From: Candidatus Poribacteria bacterium
GTDB lineage: Bacteria > Poribacteria > WGA-4E > WGA-3G
Reading direction: 5' to 3'
NCBI GenBank assembly: GCA_963663765.2
Contig: CAXXUA010000005.1
Span: 1,248,001 to 1,312,000 of the forward strand
DNA length: 64,000 nucleotides
The notes beneath the pieces are model-generated. The model was given only the letters and a program-made list of their open reading frames with translations. It did not search any database and had not been told where the DNA came from. The position numbers and the translations under genes were made by a program. Positions 9,595 through 19,910 of this stretch are shown in pieces. Within the stretch, counting starts at the first letter, position 1, and each line of letters starts with the position of its first letter.

Positions 9595-10599
9595 CTAAAA
9601 CTTGACACGGAGGGAAATGCGGTTATTGATACCTAAGTCCGGTTGTCGTTGATAGGCGTAGTCTACATGAAACGCTGCCCCCGTAACAAATCGGAGTTGA
9701 AGTCCAGCACCAGCAGTGAAAAACATCGCGCGGGAAGTGCCGTTACGACCATCTAACCCGCAACGAAGTGCTAACAACTCAAAGAGAATATACTCTGCTC
9801 CCGCATGGAATTCATAGTCGTTACGGGTATCTACATCAGCAGCCAAAGTGAGTTGACTGCTAAAAACAGGAAGCTTCTGATGGTAGGCGATGCCTATTTT
9901 GAAACGCGGCAAAATTGTCTCTGTGTGAGGGGTTTCATCTGCAGTGTCTGGTGGTGTGTTCCAATACAGTTTCGTTGTGAGGAAATCACTCGCAACAACT
10001 CCGAAAGAGAATGCAGCCGGTCTTTCTACATCCGTTTTCAAGAGCATGCCAATATCACTCCCACCGCCAATAGCGTTCGTACTCCGATACGCATCAATAT
10101 AGAGCAGTTTCAGACTGGCACCGAAATGAATAGACATATCTCTTGGCAAATTTGCGAAGTTTCGCGCCCCACTCAGTAATATAGCATTGCTCGTATTACT
10201 AAATGTACCAGAGACATAAGGACGATTGTTAGGTCCAACAGGCTTGCCGGCAAGGGGGATACGCGTGAATGGAATATCATCCACACCGACACGTAACCAA
10301 CTAATACCGAATGTCATTTTTGAAGAAAACGGATAGATATAACTTGCCACATCATACGCAGCAAGGTCGGCAAAAGTGGCGTGCATAAAGTTAAATTCGT
10401 GATGTGTCAACTGCGAAATACCAGCTGGGTTATAGTTGGTAGTGCTCGCTTCATCTGCAATGGCAGTAAAGGCATTTCCCATACCTAAAGGTCGCGCACC
10501 TGTTCCCAACGTGAGAAAATCTGCAGTATATGTTACACCATCAGCTGTCGGCAACACACCATAAAACAATAGTAGATATATAAAAAGATATTTTTTCAT
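9595..10599 (-). CDS. PorV/PorQ-family outer-membrane beta-barrel protein
   Basis: Signal peptide; FLTLGTGARPLGMGNAFTAIADE..YNPAG motif; C-terminal Phe. Confidence 0.85.
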   Translation of the reverse strand: MKKYLFIYLLLFYGVLPTADGVTYTADFLTLGTGARPLGMGNAFTAIADEASTTNYNPAGISQLTHHEFNFMHATFADLAAYDVASYIYPFSSKMTFGISWLRVGVDDIPFTRIPLAGKPVGPNNRPYVSGTFSNTSNAILLSGARNFANLPRDMSIHFGASLKLLYIDAYRSTNAIGGGSDIGMLLKTDVERPAAFSFGVVASDFLTTKLYWNTPPDTADETPHTETILPRFKIGIAYHQKLPVFSSQLTLAADVDTRNDYEFHAGAEYILFELLALRCGLDGRNGTSRAMFFTAGAGLQLRFVTGAAFHVDYAYQRQPDLGINNRISLRVKF

Positions 10600-10607
10600 G
10601 TTGATGT

Positions 10608-13600
10608 CTATTTCAATTTCATCATTTTCAAAATGTGGGTCTGGTTTTCTTCACCATCCGAACCTTCAACAATCATTTTTCCGTAGTAGACTCCATTTGC
10701 AACCTCGTTGCCGTCACTATCCTTACCATCCCATTTTAGTTTGTTAAATCCTGCCCCTGGTGGTTCATCTGTTTCCAGTTTCCTTATGAGTCTTCCGGTA
10801 AGGGTATATATTTTGACAGTGAGCGACTTAGCAGGTCGCGTTAAGTCAAATACCACAGTAGTTTCCCGAGAGAAAGGATTTGGGAAATTCAAGGGTTCCA
10901 CTAATTGTAGTTTGCCGTGCACCTGGAAACTTACTTCACGTTCACTCGTATTTCCATCAAGATCACTTGCAATGAGGCGAATTTGATATTCGCGAGGCTC
11001 AAGTTGGTGCGAATTATATGTCAACACCGTTTGCTTTGAACCTGGATGCTGCGTCAATCGGTAGTCTGTTTCTGGGATAGTTTCATATTCACCAAGCCGT
11101 CCTAATGCAAGCTCAAATGGACGCGTGATATAGTCAATACCACGTGCATCAGAAAGTGTTGCCTGAATAAGAGGCTTATCATCAACCGGGGAACCAGTAA
11201 CAAAATGCTGTTGATTACCGATGGTTAATTGGATGTCGGGTGGGATTGTATCTTTACTGTGCAGACATGTAATATGCCCCAAAAACGCGGTTGTTGCTTG
11301 GACAGTTCCCACCATAGAAGTATCAAATAGGAATCTGTCCCCCGCAGCAAAAGGTGTAGGTCCCTGCGTAATCAGCAGATTCAATCCGTACTCGCTGTGT
11401 TCAAAAGGTTCACCGACTGTACCATATATGGAAGTTCCATTCTTTGTTAAGACACCTGTGTTTTTTCCTTCAATCTGATACTCAGTTGATGAAACAAACA
11501 TGATGAGCCATGTATCTTGCGGAATTGTTGTCTCTTCAGGCAAATCAATGTATTGAATAGTACCATTTCCCCTGTTTCTGTTGTAAAAAGAGGACACATA
11601 AGATTCCGTAACATCCTCGCCTCCTTCAAGTTCGGAAATACGGAAACGCAACATATCACCAAATTGAAAAGGTGTTGCTCCAAATTCAAAGTCAATAGTA
11701 AAATTTAGGGATTCAGGAAGTAGTGTCGTTCCTGTTCCGCTAAAAGATACAATCGGGACCCCTCGTGCTACCTCTTCTATACGTTTATTATCTGATGTTG
11801 CCACCTCATTGGTTTCCTCTGGCATAAATAGCAGGCGGTATGTGCGTGCAGTCTCCATGAGGATTATCCATGACCCTATCTCCGCTCCATCCGTTGAAAT
11901 AACAACATCATTAATCCTACCATCACCTACGTTTTCATTCCGGATTCGGGTGGCACGTAAAGATGTGTAAATGCTACCGTTAGATCGTCTCTTAATTTCA
12001 GAATTCAGCTTTGCCCAATTTGCTATAGTATCAAGCCAAAGATATGCGCCAATGCTCTTGACACGTTCTTCTAATGCCGTGCTAACGTTTCCTTCAACAC
12101 CTTCCCCCTCGTCTGACATATCCATATCACTACCAAACAGTTCACGTATGATCTGCTGCTGCATTGCAGTAAAATCAAAATCAAGTTCAACGGTAACTGG
12201 TGTTTGGAGTTCTAATAAGTTCCCCGCAGCATCGTTGAGATGTACAGAATAACCAAGTAATGATGGATGAGTCGGTAGTGCCACAGTACCCAACATACTG
12301 TCTGCCTGAACTCTATTTTGTTCACTTTTTATATCAAGAAATGGTTCATTCAGTGTTGTTTCTCTTGCGTTTCCTGTTCCACCAATAAAGTAATCAGAAG
12401 CTATTTCTACAGAATCTAATACTATAGGTTGTGTTGTGAGAACATAAGGTTTATTCTGTAAAACACCTGATGGACTACTTATCCGTAAGCCGCCATCAAC
12501 ACTCTTCACACTCGTTTGTTCTGCACCGATAATACTACTGGAAACTGTAAGCTGTCTATATCCAATATTATCTCTCTCATTATTTTCAAGCACTTTACCC
12601 GGTTTATCAGTTTCATCAAAAACCGGATCAACGAACACAAACACGTCATGAACACCGATACGCAGGGATACAGGAATAGCAACTGTAGCAATAGGATTAG
12701 TGTTGAGTGGGTCGGGTATATATGCATTAGAACGTTGATATAGCGGATTACGGATAACCCAGTCGTTTGGTTTTATCAATGTTCTACCAAGTAGATTTGC
12801 ATCATGATCAATGACACCGTTATCATCTGTATCAGGATTTCCGCTAAAAAAGACAACTTCAACCTCAACTTCAGAAAGTCCTAACACATCAAGCAATTCG
12901 CTATCAGGAATATCAACATTTTGCGAATTCACGGTACCAGCAACTTCAATATCAGCAGACAAATACTGCTCATACGAAGCATTTTCCTGTACATCCAAAG
13001 TATATTTAATCTGCTCATTTAATGTCCCACGTTTAGATACTACAGAAAGATTAGGGTACGTATATGGATAGAATCTGAAATAATCGGAAAGGACAATAAA
13101 CCCATCCGTATCCGTGACCTCAATATCGTACCTAAAGGCGGAACCATCTGTCGGAGCAGGCAAAGGTTCAGGCACCTTCCACCACCTTGCTGTCGGTGTT
13201 AAAGATGATGTTGATTCCGATGGCTCAAGTAAAACCTTTTCCCGAATACCTGTTTTTGGATGCCGCCACTCTAATACGACAGAAACTGTTTCCTTCTTAT
13301 CATCAGAAACCTGTACCGATATTTCGATCATGTCCTCACCTGAAGACGTTGTAACAACTTCAGGTTTGATATCAAGTATTTTGGGGATACCGACAGTAAA
13401 ACTATCTCCACCAACAGCGATCTCGGTGGCATTTTCAGCATAATACTCTAAATGTCCATCCCCAGTTGAAATGTTTTCTGGTACTTCTATCCCCACTGCA
13501 GGATAATTACCTCGGTTTACAGAGATCGTCTTTGTAACAATAACATCACCAGTGTAATACTCTTGCGGGTTACCATTCTTGTCTAAACCAACCGCCTGTT

Positions 13601-16600
13601 TACCGGGAAAAACAGCTTTGACTGTGAGTGTTCCATCAAAATTGGTATTACGCGTGAAAATCTTCCGCTTTTCAGCAGCATTGTAACGTGCATTCTGGAT
13701 GAATCCAGCAGAAATCTTGAGAGTATCACCTGGTTTTACCGTCTTCGTCTCAATAGCAGGCAGGATTTCATAATCCGCCATGGCGATCTGCATAGCGGGG
13801 TCACCAAAGAGCGTGTATGCCGACATCACATCAAGTTGTCCCGTGCCTTCCGTTAAGAGAAGTTCAAGCTTAGAATCAAAACTAAGCGGACCGAGTTGTC
13901 GGATATTACGTTGAAACAACATATCAAAAATAATTCGGTTGAGTGCCTCATTCCCAAACCCATAAGTTAGCCTTGTCGCACTGAGCATCGCTATGATTCC
14001 CCCTCTCTCTTTGCGAAGTAGTTTTTCCGCCATACTCGGCTGTCCAGGGGAATCAAAATAACCGTTATAACAACTCAATACAAGCATAAAGGGAAGATGT
14101 GTTGTTTCTTCAACCTTGTCAACCGCATTGTTATCAAAAATGGATTCGTGCGCCCAAACAATTCTCCCACCATGTCCTGCATATTGGGCAATTACCGCTC
14201 CCTCTCCTAAAGCGTTAATAATTCTATCTTTTGCAATGTGTCGTGGTAGGGTGTCATCAAATTCTTCCGGGTTTGCTTGCACTTCATCAATTACATCTTC
14301 AAGATAGATTTCTACGGTTTCATAACCCAAACGTGTATGGTCTTTGGCGATTTCATTGAGACTCTGTTTAAAGATATGATCACCAATATTGCTAACTTCA
14401 TCATCTGCCACAGATATGACTCTTCTGCGCCAAGCACCGTTAGGCGTTTTCGATTCGTAATTAATGATCTTATCAACGACCGCATCTGCTTCCGCTTCAT
14501 TTTCAACAGTCATCCTGCCGACATAAAAATCAACAAATTCATCATAACCTGAAACTGTCGCAAACCAGTGGTCCGTTGAAGTCCGACCAAATGAATCCGT
14601 TGTAATATAATGTGTGGGTATATACCCCACAAGTTCCGGGGGGTCAGGATAAAGTTCTTTATCAATTCCACGAAAATCGTAAGTACCATCACCGAAGATT
14701 ACCAAATATGAGAGAGCAGGTGAAGCCCAATTCTGATACGCGTACGTTAAAAAACGTTTTATCCAAAGTGGATGTACGGTCCCGTCACCGAATGTGTTAT
14801 ACACATCGTTGACATCAACAACTTTAGTTCGGTACCCGCCGCCACCTAAACTTGAACGCCAGTTTGCTAATCTTTCAGCAGATTCTTTATATCTCGGATG
14901 TGTAAGTACAAGATAATCCACACCGTTCAAAGTACTTTTCAAATCACTCGGTGGAACAGTTTCTATCCGAACCGGTGTCAAGATAGCAGGTTTTGAGACA
15001 GCAATAAATTCTGTCGTCCGAGAATCTGGTACTTGAAAGGTCGCAGAGTAAGTACCATTCGGTACAACCCGAAGATCACCAGCATTTAATGCTCTGAGTC
15101 TGTCACGCATGACATCGTCTATAGTATGGTGCGTAACTTGAACTCCCTGAAGTCTGGCTGTAAGTGTGTTCCCATCGGTTTCAAAAACAGAAATCTGCGG
15201 ATCAAGAAACCCATCAATGCGAAATTGATGGGTAACACCTTGTTCTTCACTCTTATCTTCCATAGTAGGAGTACTAAAACGAAGTTTATCATTAACTGCT
15301 AAAAAAAGACGTGTATAGTAAACCCAAAATCGGTTGAGATAGATATGATAGGGATAGCGGGTTGTGTCTTCTTCAAAGGTGTCGTCAACACGCGTTAGAG
15401 ATAACACATTCATTTCACCTTGTGATGCGTCCTTGAGGTTATTCCATGCACGAAGATTCTTAGAAAGGATCACTTGTGCTTGTTGTTCCCAACGTGCAAG
15501 GTCAATCTTTATACTATTTACCGATGCCAAGATTTGGTGCGATACAGGGGTTCCACCTTGTAACACAACCTGTATTTGTGGTGTATCAAAACTCTTGGCA
15601 ATGTCATAAAGTGGGAAATTGAGACGCATTTCACCAATCTCACTGGCGTTTTTTATTCCATCCCAGTACCAAAAGTCTAATGCGTCAAACCACTTATGTT
15701 TATCGCCTTCTGAAGCATCATCCGGATGGACGAACTCAAGATTGTTACTGAGATGATCCTCCTCAAAAACAACACGCGACCGAAAAGTTGGCACTTGCAC
15801 AGCAGTTGTGTCGCTTGGACTCGCTTCTATTTGTGACACGCGGGCCGTATGTTCACCTTCAGAAGCAAGCATCAACCAATAGATGTTCCACAATGTATAC
15901 GCGTTTTTTTCATAAGGACTTACTGCATCAGTTGAACTGTGTCCCAAGAAATATATTGCATCTTCCACATCAAAACTTCCATCTACTGCTCCACTGACGT
16001 ATATTGGTATTTCTCGATCTCCATGTTTCATACGGAGTTTGTCAGGATCAACGCCAACCAAATCTACTCCCCAATCCGCGCGCAAAGACCCAGCTGTGAC
16101 TTTATAAATACCTGTATCGTCAACGAAGAGCTTATAACGAGTCTGGAGTGATTCCTCAATCAAGCCCGGGGCTGCGGGAGCGGCAGGAAGCGATCCAATT
16201 CTCGCACCAAAAATCTGGGAAACATCAGAATGAACGTTAAATAACTTGCCGTATTCTGAATAGTTGAGAATATGCTGAGCAAAAGTCTGCTCAAAAAAGG
16301 AAGAAGATCGTTTTATGCCAGTTGACGTAGCGTTAAATACACCACCTGCACTATGTGAACTTAACTGTGTTTTGAAAGGGATAGTGACTGACAGACTACT
16401 ATAAGACCGAAGTACACGGGTTTTAAGATTATACTGTACCGGATGCAACGCTAAACTGATGACGCGTTGAGAACGGATGTAACCATCCATCTCTATTCGG
16501 GCAAGCACAGATGGATATAGCGGAGTTACAACATTAGAGGTTTTTTCTCTATTATTTACAAGAAGCCTTACTCCATTTTGATTTTTTGAAGGACCTGCCG

Positions 16601-17009
16601 TAACAGAAATAGCCATGTCGTTCAGGTTTACATCAGGCGGAACAGCCAACAGCACACGCGTAACCGGTAATCTTGGATAACCCGGTTCCTGAAGCCATTC
16701 GCATTGTGTATATCGCACTGTGTCGTATGCAATACGCTGTTCAGCACCTATTATTATTGTAGCATCGGGTGTAACTTGTGTAACCTGTAATTGTGGAAGC
16801 TTAAAATTAACAGTAATCCCATCCACAGAAGTCGCTTGGGTGAGAAAATCCTTGTGGTATTCTGATTTTTTTGCAACGGCAGTAAAACTAAAAACAAAGA
16901 ATATTAATGCTAAAATGAGACTGTAAGTGGATATAACACGCACTGACATTTTGGGGTGGGGCATCAAATGACGCACTATGACATTTAGCAATGTAAAAAT
17001 GTTAGACAT
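10608..17009 (-). CDS. Large C25 (gingipain/PorU-like) cysteine peptidase with propeptide and C-terminal T9SS/FlgD-Ig sorting domain
   Basis: PGYPRLP propeptide motif, LVIFGDGTYD, VGRM, catalytic His QYAGHG and Cys LSCYNG, LFGDP; C-terminus NFPNPF..KIYTLTGRLIR..WDGKDSDGNEVANGVY..KMMKLK; start codon uncertain. Confidence 0.85.
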   Translation of the reverse strand: MSNIFTLLNVIVRHLMPHPKMSVRVISTYSLILALIFFVFSFTAVAKKSEYHKDFLTQATSVDGITVNFKLPQLQVTQVTPDATIIIGAEQRIAYDTVRYTQCEWLQEPGYPRLPVTRVLLAVPPDVNLNDMAISVTAGPSKNQNGVRLLVNNREKTSNVVTPLYPSVLARIEMDGYIRSQRVISLALHPVQYNLKTRVLRSYSSLSVTIPFKTQLSSHSAGGVFNATSTGIKRSSSFFEQTFAQHILNYSEYGKLFNVHSDVSQIFGARIGSLPAAPAAPGLIEESLQTRYKLFVDDTGIYKVTAGSLRADWGVDLVGVDPDKLRMKHGDREIPIYVSGAVDGSFDVEDAIYFLGHSSTDAVSPYEKNAYTLWNIYWLMLASEGEHTARVSQIEASPSDTTAVQVPTFRSRVVFEEDHLSNNLEFVHPDDASEGDKHKWFDALDFWYWDGIKNASEIGEMRLNFPLYDIAKSFDTPQIQVVLQGGTPVSHQILASVNSIKIDLARWEQQAQVILSKNLRAWNNLKDASQGEMNVLSLTRVDDTFEEDTTRYPYHIYLNRFWVYYTRLFLAVNDKLRFSTPTMEDKSEEQGVTHQFRIDGFLDPQISVFETDGNTLTARLQGVQVTHHTIDDVMRDRLRALNAGDLRVVPNGTYSATFQVPDSRTTEFIAVSKPAILTPVRIETVPPSDLKSTLNGVDYLVLTHPRYKESAERLANWRSSLGGGGYRTKVVDVNDVYNTFGDGTVHPLWIKRFLTYAYQNWASPALSYLVIFGDGTYDFRGIDKELYPDPPELVGYIPTHYITTDSFGRTSTDHWFATVSGYDEFVDFYVGRMTVENEAEADAVVDKIINYESKTPNGAWRRRVISVADDEVSNIGDHIFKQSLNEIAKDHTRLGYETVEIYLEDVIDEVQANPEEFDDTLPRHIAKDRIINALGEGAVIAQYAGHGGRIVWAHESIFDNNAVDKVEETTHLPFMLVLSCYNGYFDSPGQPSMAEKLLRKERGGIIAMLSATRLTYGFGNEALNRIIFDMLFQRNIRQLGPLSFDSKLELLLTEGTGQLDVMSAYTLFGDPAMQIAMADYEILPAIETKTVKPGDTLKISAGFIQNARYNAAEKRKIFTRNTNFDGTLTVKAVFPGKQAVGLDKNGNPQEYYTGDVIVTKTISVNRGNYPAVGIEVPENISTGDGHLEYYAENATEIAVGGDSFTVGIPKILDIKPEVVTTSSGEDMIEISVQVSDDKKETVSVVLEWRHPKTGIREKVLLEPSESTSSLTPTARWWKVPEPLPAPTDGSAFRYDIEVTDTDGFIVLSDYFRFYPYTYPNLSVVSKRGTLNEQIKYTLDVQENASYEQYLSADIEVAGTVNSQNVDIPDSELLDVLGLSEVEVEVVFFSGNPDTDDNGVIDHDANLLGRTLIKPNDWVIRNPLYQRSNAYIPDPLNTNPIATVAIPVSLRIGVHDVFVFVDPVFDETDKPGKVLENNERDNIGYRQLTVSSSIIGAEQTSVKSVDGGLRISSPSGVLQNKPYVLTTQPIVLDSVEIASDYFIGGTGNARETTLNEPFLDIKSEQNRVQADSMLGTVALPTHPSLLGYSVHLNDAAGNLLELQTPVTVELDFDFTAMQQQIIRELFGSDMDMSDEGEGVEGNVSTALEERVKSIGAYLWLDTIANWAKLNSEIKRRSNGSIYTSLRATRIRNENVGDGRINDVVISTDGAEIGSWIILMETARTYRLLFMPEETNEVATSDNKRIEEVARGVPIVSFSGTGTTLLPESLNFTIDFEFGATPFQFGDMLRFRISELEGGEDVTESYVSSFYNRNRGNGTIQYIDLPEETTIPQDTWLIMFVSSTEYQIEGKNTGVLTKNGTSIYGTVGEPFEHSEYGLNLLITQGPTPFAAGDRFLFDTSMVGTVQATTAFLGHITCLHSKDTIPPDIQLTIGNQQHFVTGSPVDDKPLIQATLSDARGIDYITRPFELALGRLGEYETIPETDYRLTQHPGSKQTVLTYNSHQLEPREYQIRLIASDLDGNTSEREVSFQVHGKLQLVEPLNFPNPFSRETTVVFDLTRPAKSLTVKIYTLTGRLIRKLETDEPPGAGFNKLKWDGKDSDGNEVANGVYYGKMIVEGSDGEENQTHILKMMKLK

Positions 17010-17140
17010 ACACGAACCTATTGAACCGTCATTTCAAATTTGCAATTGTAAATATAACTAAACCCTGAACTACTGTAATAGTTGTCTCTCTCATATTGAT
17101 GTATTGCCAGAAATAGGATTATCCGGAAATAGAAAGTATT

Positions 17141-17389
17141 TTACATACTATCCGGTAACGCAATATCAGACAATGCCGACGCATTGAGGGCTTGCTCAAA
17201 AAGCACATCAAGCACTCTAACGTCCTCAATCTCACTTATCTCATTGACAACTGATTGAGGGACATCAGTAAATTGATGCCACAGCAATTTAAGCACCGCT
17301 GCCTGTTTGGCTCGAATCACACCTTGTTTAATGCCCTGTTCAATACCCTGTTCAATGCCCTGTTGTATAAATGCTTCTGCGCCTGTCAT
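17141..17389 (-). CDS. Free-standing small Rpn C-terminal (RpnS/DUF4351-like) protein
   Basis: 82 aa, close paralog of the last 78 aa of the upstream Rpn; own SD (AGAGGA). Confidence 0.75.
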   Translation of the reverse strand: MTGAEAFIQQGIEQGIEQGIKQGVIRAKQAAVLKLLWHQFTDVPQSVVNEISEIEDVRVLDVLFEQALNASALSDIALPDSM

Positions 17390-17424
17390 GTTGATATATT
17401 TAATCCTCTAAATTAGACAATCCC

Positions 17425-17661
17425 TTAATGTTTGTCAGGCAACTCAATATCAGACAATGCCGACGCATTGAGTACCTGCTCAAAAAGTAAATCAAGAAAC
17501 TTCAGTTCCTCAATCTCACTTATCCCATCAACTACCGACTGAGGAATATCAGTAAAGTGATGCTGCAACAGCTTAAGCACCGCTGCCTGCTTTTCTAGGA
17601 TAACTCCTTGTTCAATTCCTTGTTCAATTCCCTGTTGTATAAGTGCTTCTGCGCCTGTCAT
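17425..17661 (-). CDS. Predicted intragenic RpnS antitoxin (78 aa)
   Basis: Internal SD AAGGAGGT (17675-17682, minus strand) upstream of in-frame ATG at 17661 (MTGAEALIQQGIEQG...). Confidence 0.65.
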   Translation of the reverse strand: MTGAEALIQQGIEQGIEQGVILEKQAAVLKLLQHHFTDIPQSVVDGISEIEELKFLDLLFEQVLNASALSDIELPDKH

Positions 17662-18501
17662 AATAATGTTTTCTACCTCCTTGTCTTGTGTATGTGTTCG
17701 TAGAAGTTGTATCAGTTTTTCTTGTTCATCATCTGGTCTGCGAAAAATCACGAGAGAATACAGATATAAAATCGCTTGTTTGTGTTGTACTGCCTGCTCA
17801 GGAGGCAATGTATCCAAATGTGAGAGAGCTGCGCGCATCGCTTCATGTATAGATGTCTTGTCTTCATGCTCCTGCTGCAACACTGTGAGTAACCAACCAA
17901 ATGGATGTCCTGTTTTCGTCAATTCATCAGTTTCAGTATCCTTCACACCAAGAAATAAAGTGTCAAACGACGGCACAAACCGCGATAACACATCAGGTAC
18001 ATCCATGACCGCAGTAAGTGTCAAAGGCATTTGCCATCGTTGTTCTCCAGTGTAATAAACAATTGGCAGGATCGGACGCAGTCGCCACTGGTTTCTGGGC
18101 AACTTCAATTCCTCCATTTCACGCCGCTGTCCATCCCAGATTTGGCACATATAATATAACAACCGAAACCCCATCAGCGGGTCCACCGATGATTGGTGTT
18201 CTAAGAGAATAAAGATCGTCAGGTTCTCTGTTGAAGAAGCATTGCGAAATGGAACGCTAAACACCATATCAGATACGACATCACGTAACCTATCGTCTAC
18301 AAAACTCCTATTCAGTTCCTTCAATTGGTCAAAGTCAAGGTAATCCACCAATTCTTGTGCAACGATCTCAACTAAACCCCGAACATTCTCTTTTACCTTG
18401 AACAACCACCTTGAGCTTTTATCCGGATAATGTCCGATGCGAGGATCAAATAAATCACGTATCTCTTTTGGAACGCGTCTCTCTGTTTCTGCTTGTTGCA
18501 T
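17425..18501 (-). CDS. Rpn/YhgA-like PD-(D/E)XK nuclease (recombination-promoting nuclease family)
   Basis: SDMVFSV, ILLEHQS, FRLLYYM, PIVYYTGE; C-terminal GIEQ repeats. Confidence 0.9.
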   Translation of the reverse strand: MQQAETERRVPKEIRDLFDPRIGHYPDKSSRWLFKVKENVRGLVEIVAQELVDYLDFDQLKELNRSFVDDRLRDVVSDMVFSVPFRNASSTENLTIFILLEHQSSVDPLMGFRLLYYMCQIWDGQRREMEELKLPRNQWRLRPILPIVYYTGEQRWQMPLTLTAVMDVPDVLSRFVPSFDTLFLGVKDTETDELTKTGHPFGWLLTVLQQEHEDKTSIHEAMRAALSHLDTLPPEQAVQHKQAILYLYSLVIFRRPDDEQEKLIQLLRTHTQDKEVENIIMTGAEALIQQGIEQGIEQGVILEKQAAVLKLLQHHFTDIPQSVVDGISEIEELKFLDLLFEQVLNASALSDIELPDKH

Positions 18502-18623
18502 CCAACCTCCTTGCTTACACTATATTTAAAATAACATAATCCGAAGGTGAATGTCAATGATGTATAGACAACGAATTAACGTTAAGCAGCAGCAAAACAC
18601 AACCAAATATATTTTGAACAGCA

Positions 18624-19601
18624 CTAAACAGTCAAAATAATCTTCCCAAAATTACGATTTGCTTCCATATACGCATGCGCTTCACGAACTCGTGATAAAG
18701 AAAACATCTTATCAATCACAGGATGGATCGTGCCTGCTTGTAATACTGGAAGCCAACGTTCTACAAATCGATGTGTGATAGCTATTTTTTCATCAAGAGA
18801 TTGAGAACGCATGACAGACCCGATAAGCTGTAGGCGCTTGCGCATCAATGTCCCTAAATCTATCTCTGCTGTTGAACCACCCATCAAGCCAACTTGCAGC
18901 AAACGCCCCTTCGTTTTAAGTATTTGTAAGTTACGTGCAAGATAGGGAGAACCGATAAAATCTAACACAACATCCACACCTTCTCCATCTGTCAACCTTT
19001 CAATTTCAGCAACAAAATCCGAATTCTTATAATTAATACCTGCTTTAGCCCCCAATGCGGTACAACGTTCAATTTTCTCGGATGTACCTGCAGTGACAAA
19101 AACACGCGCCCCTGCATGAGTTGCTATCTGAATCCCCGCAGTACCAACCCCACTTCCACCCGCGTGGATCAGAATCGTCTCATCTGCTGAAAGATGTCCT
19201 AATGTAAATATATTCTCATTTGCAGTAAAAAAGACTTCTGGAATTGCAGCAGCCTCTTCAAAACTCCATTCATCCGGTATCAACATCGCCATGCGACAAT
19301 CAATGACTGCTTTTTCCGCATAACCCCCACCACCGATAAGTCCAAAAACCCTGTCACCCTCATTAAATCCAGTGACAACTTTCCCAAAACCTGACACTGT
19401 ACCAGCAATTTCTATACCGAGAATGTCAGATTCACCGAGAGGCGGCGGATATCCGCCACGTCGTTGAATAAGGTCCAAGCGGTTTAACGCAGTCGCCTTG
19501 ACATCTACCAATAACTGTGTGTCTGCAGGTTGAGGTGCAGACACCTCAACTAATTGCAGGACTTCTGGTCCTCCATCACCTTCTCTGATAATTGCTTTCA
19601 T
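18624..19601 (-). CDS. NAD(P)H-quinone oxidoreductase, PIG3/zeta-crystallin family
   Basis: NRLDLIQRRGGYP, GGGYAE, HAGGSGVGTA, NFGKIIL. Confidence 0.92.
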   Translation of the reverse strand: MKAIIREGDGGPEVLQLVEVSAPQPADTQLLVDVKATALNRLDLIQRRGGYPPPLGESDILGIEIAGTVSGFGKVVTGFNEGDRVFGLIGGGGYAEKAVIDCRMAMLIPDEWSFEEAAAIPEVFFTANENIFTLGHLSADETILIHAGGSGVGTAGIQIATHAGARVFVTAGTSEKIERCTALGAKAGINYKNSDFVAEIERLTDGEGVDVVLDFIGSPYLARNLQILKTKGRLLQVGLMGGSTAEIDLGTLMRKRLQLIGSVMRSQSLDEKIAITHRFVERWLPVLQAGTIHPVIDKMFSLSRVREAHAYMEANRNFGKIILTV

Positions 19602-19701
19602 CGTATTTTAGTTGTACCCTATTTCTGTTTTCTTCAATATATCTTCGGATAAATTCTGTGTGTAACTACAACTTTTCGTGATAAACAACGTCTAATCTTA
19701 A

Positions 19702-19859
19702 CAGGACTTACGCACCCAACGGTAGGCGGGGAATACCTAAATGGCATTCATACCGTTGATTTGGTGCTTTGTAAGCGCGCCGGAAACCTAAAAAATGCTG
19801 AAAATTACATCGTTTTCGTCTTAATTCTTGATTGGATCATCAAAACTGCGTAAGTCCTG
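19702..19859 (+). mobile_element. MITE family A copy 1, carrying a 36-bp insert
   Basis: 13-bp TIR CAGGACTTACGCA/TGCGTAAGTCCTG; 5-bp TSD CTTAA; insert 19729-19764 relative to other copies. Confidence 0.9.
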
Positions 19860-19910
19860 CTTAATACTTAGAAATTGGCAAATAAAATAGAATTCCCAAG
19901 GAGCACAATA

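Noticed and set aside
17425-18501. Rpn as the transposase for the MITEs
   Set aside because: Rpn/YhgA proteins are PD-(D/E)XK nucleases without demonstrated transposition, and no TIRs flank the gene.
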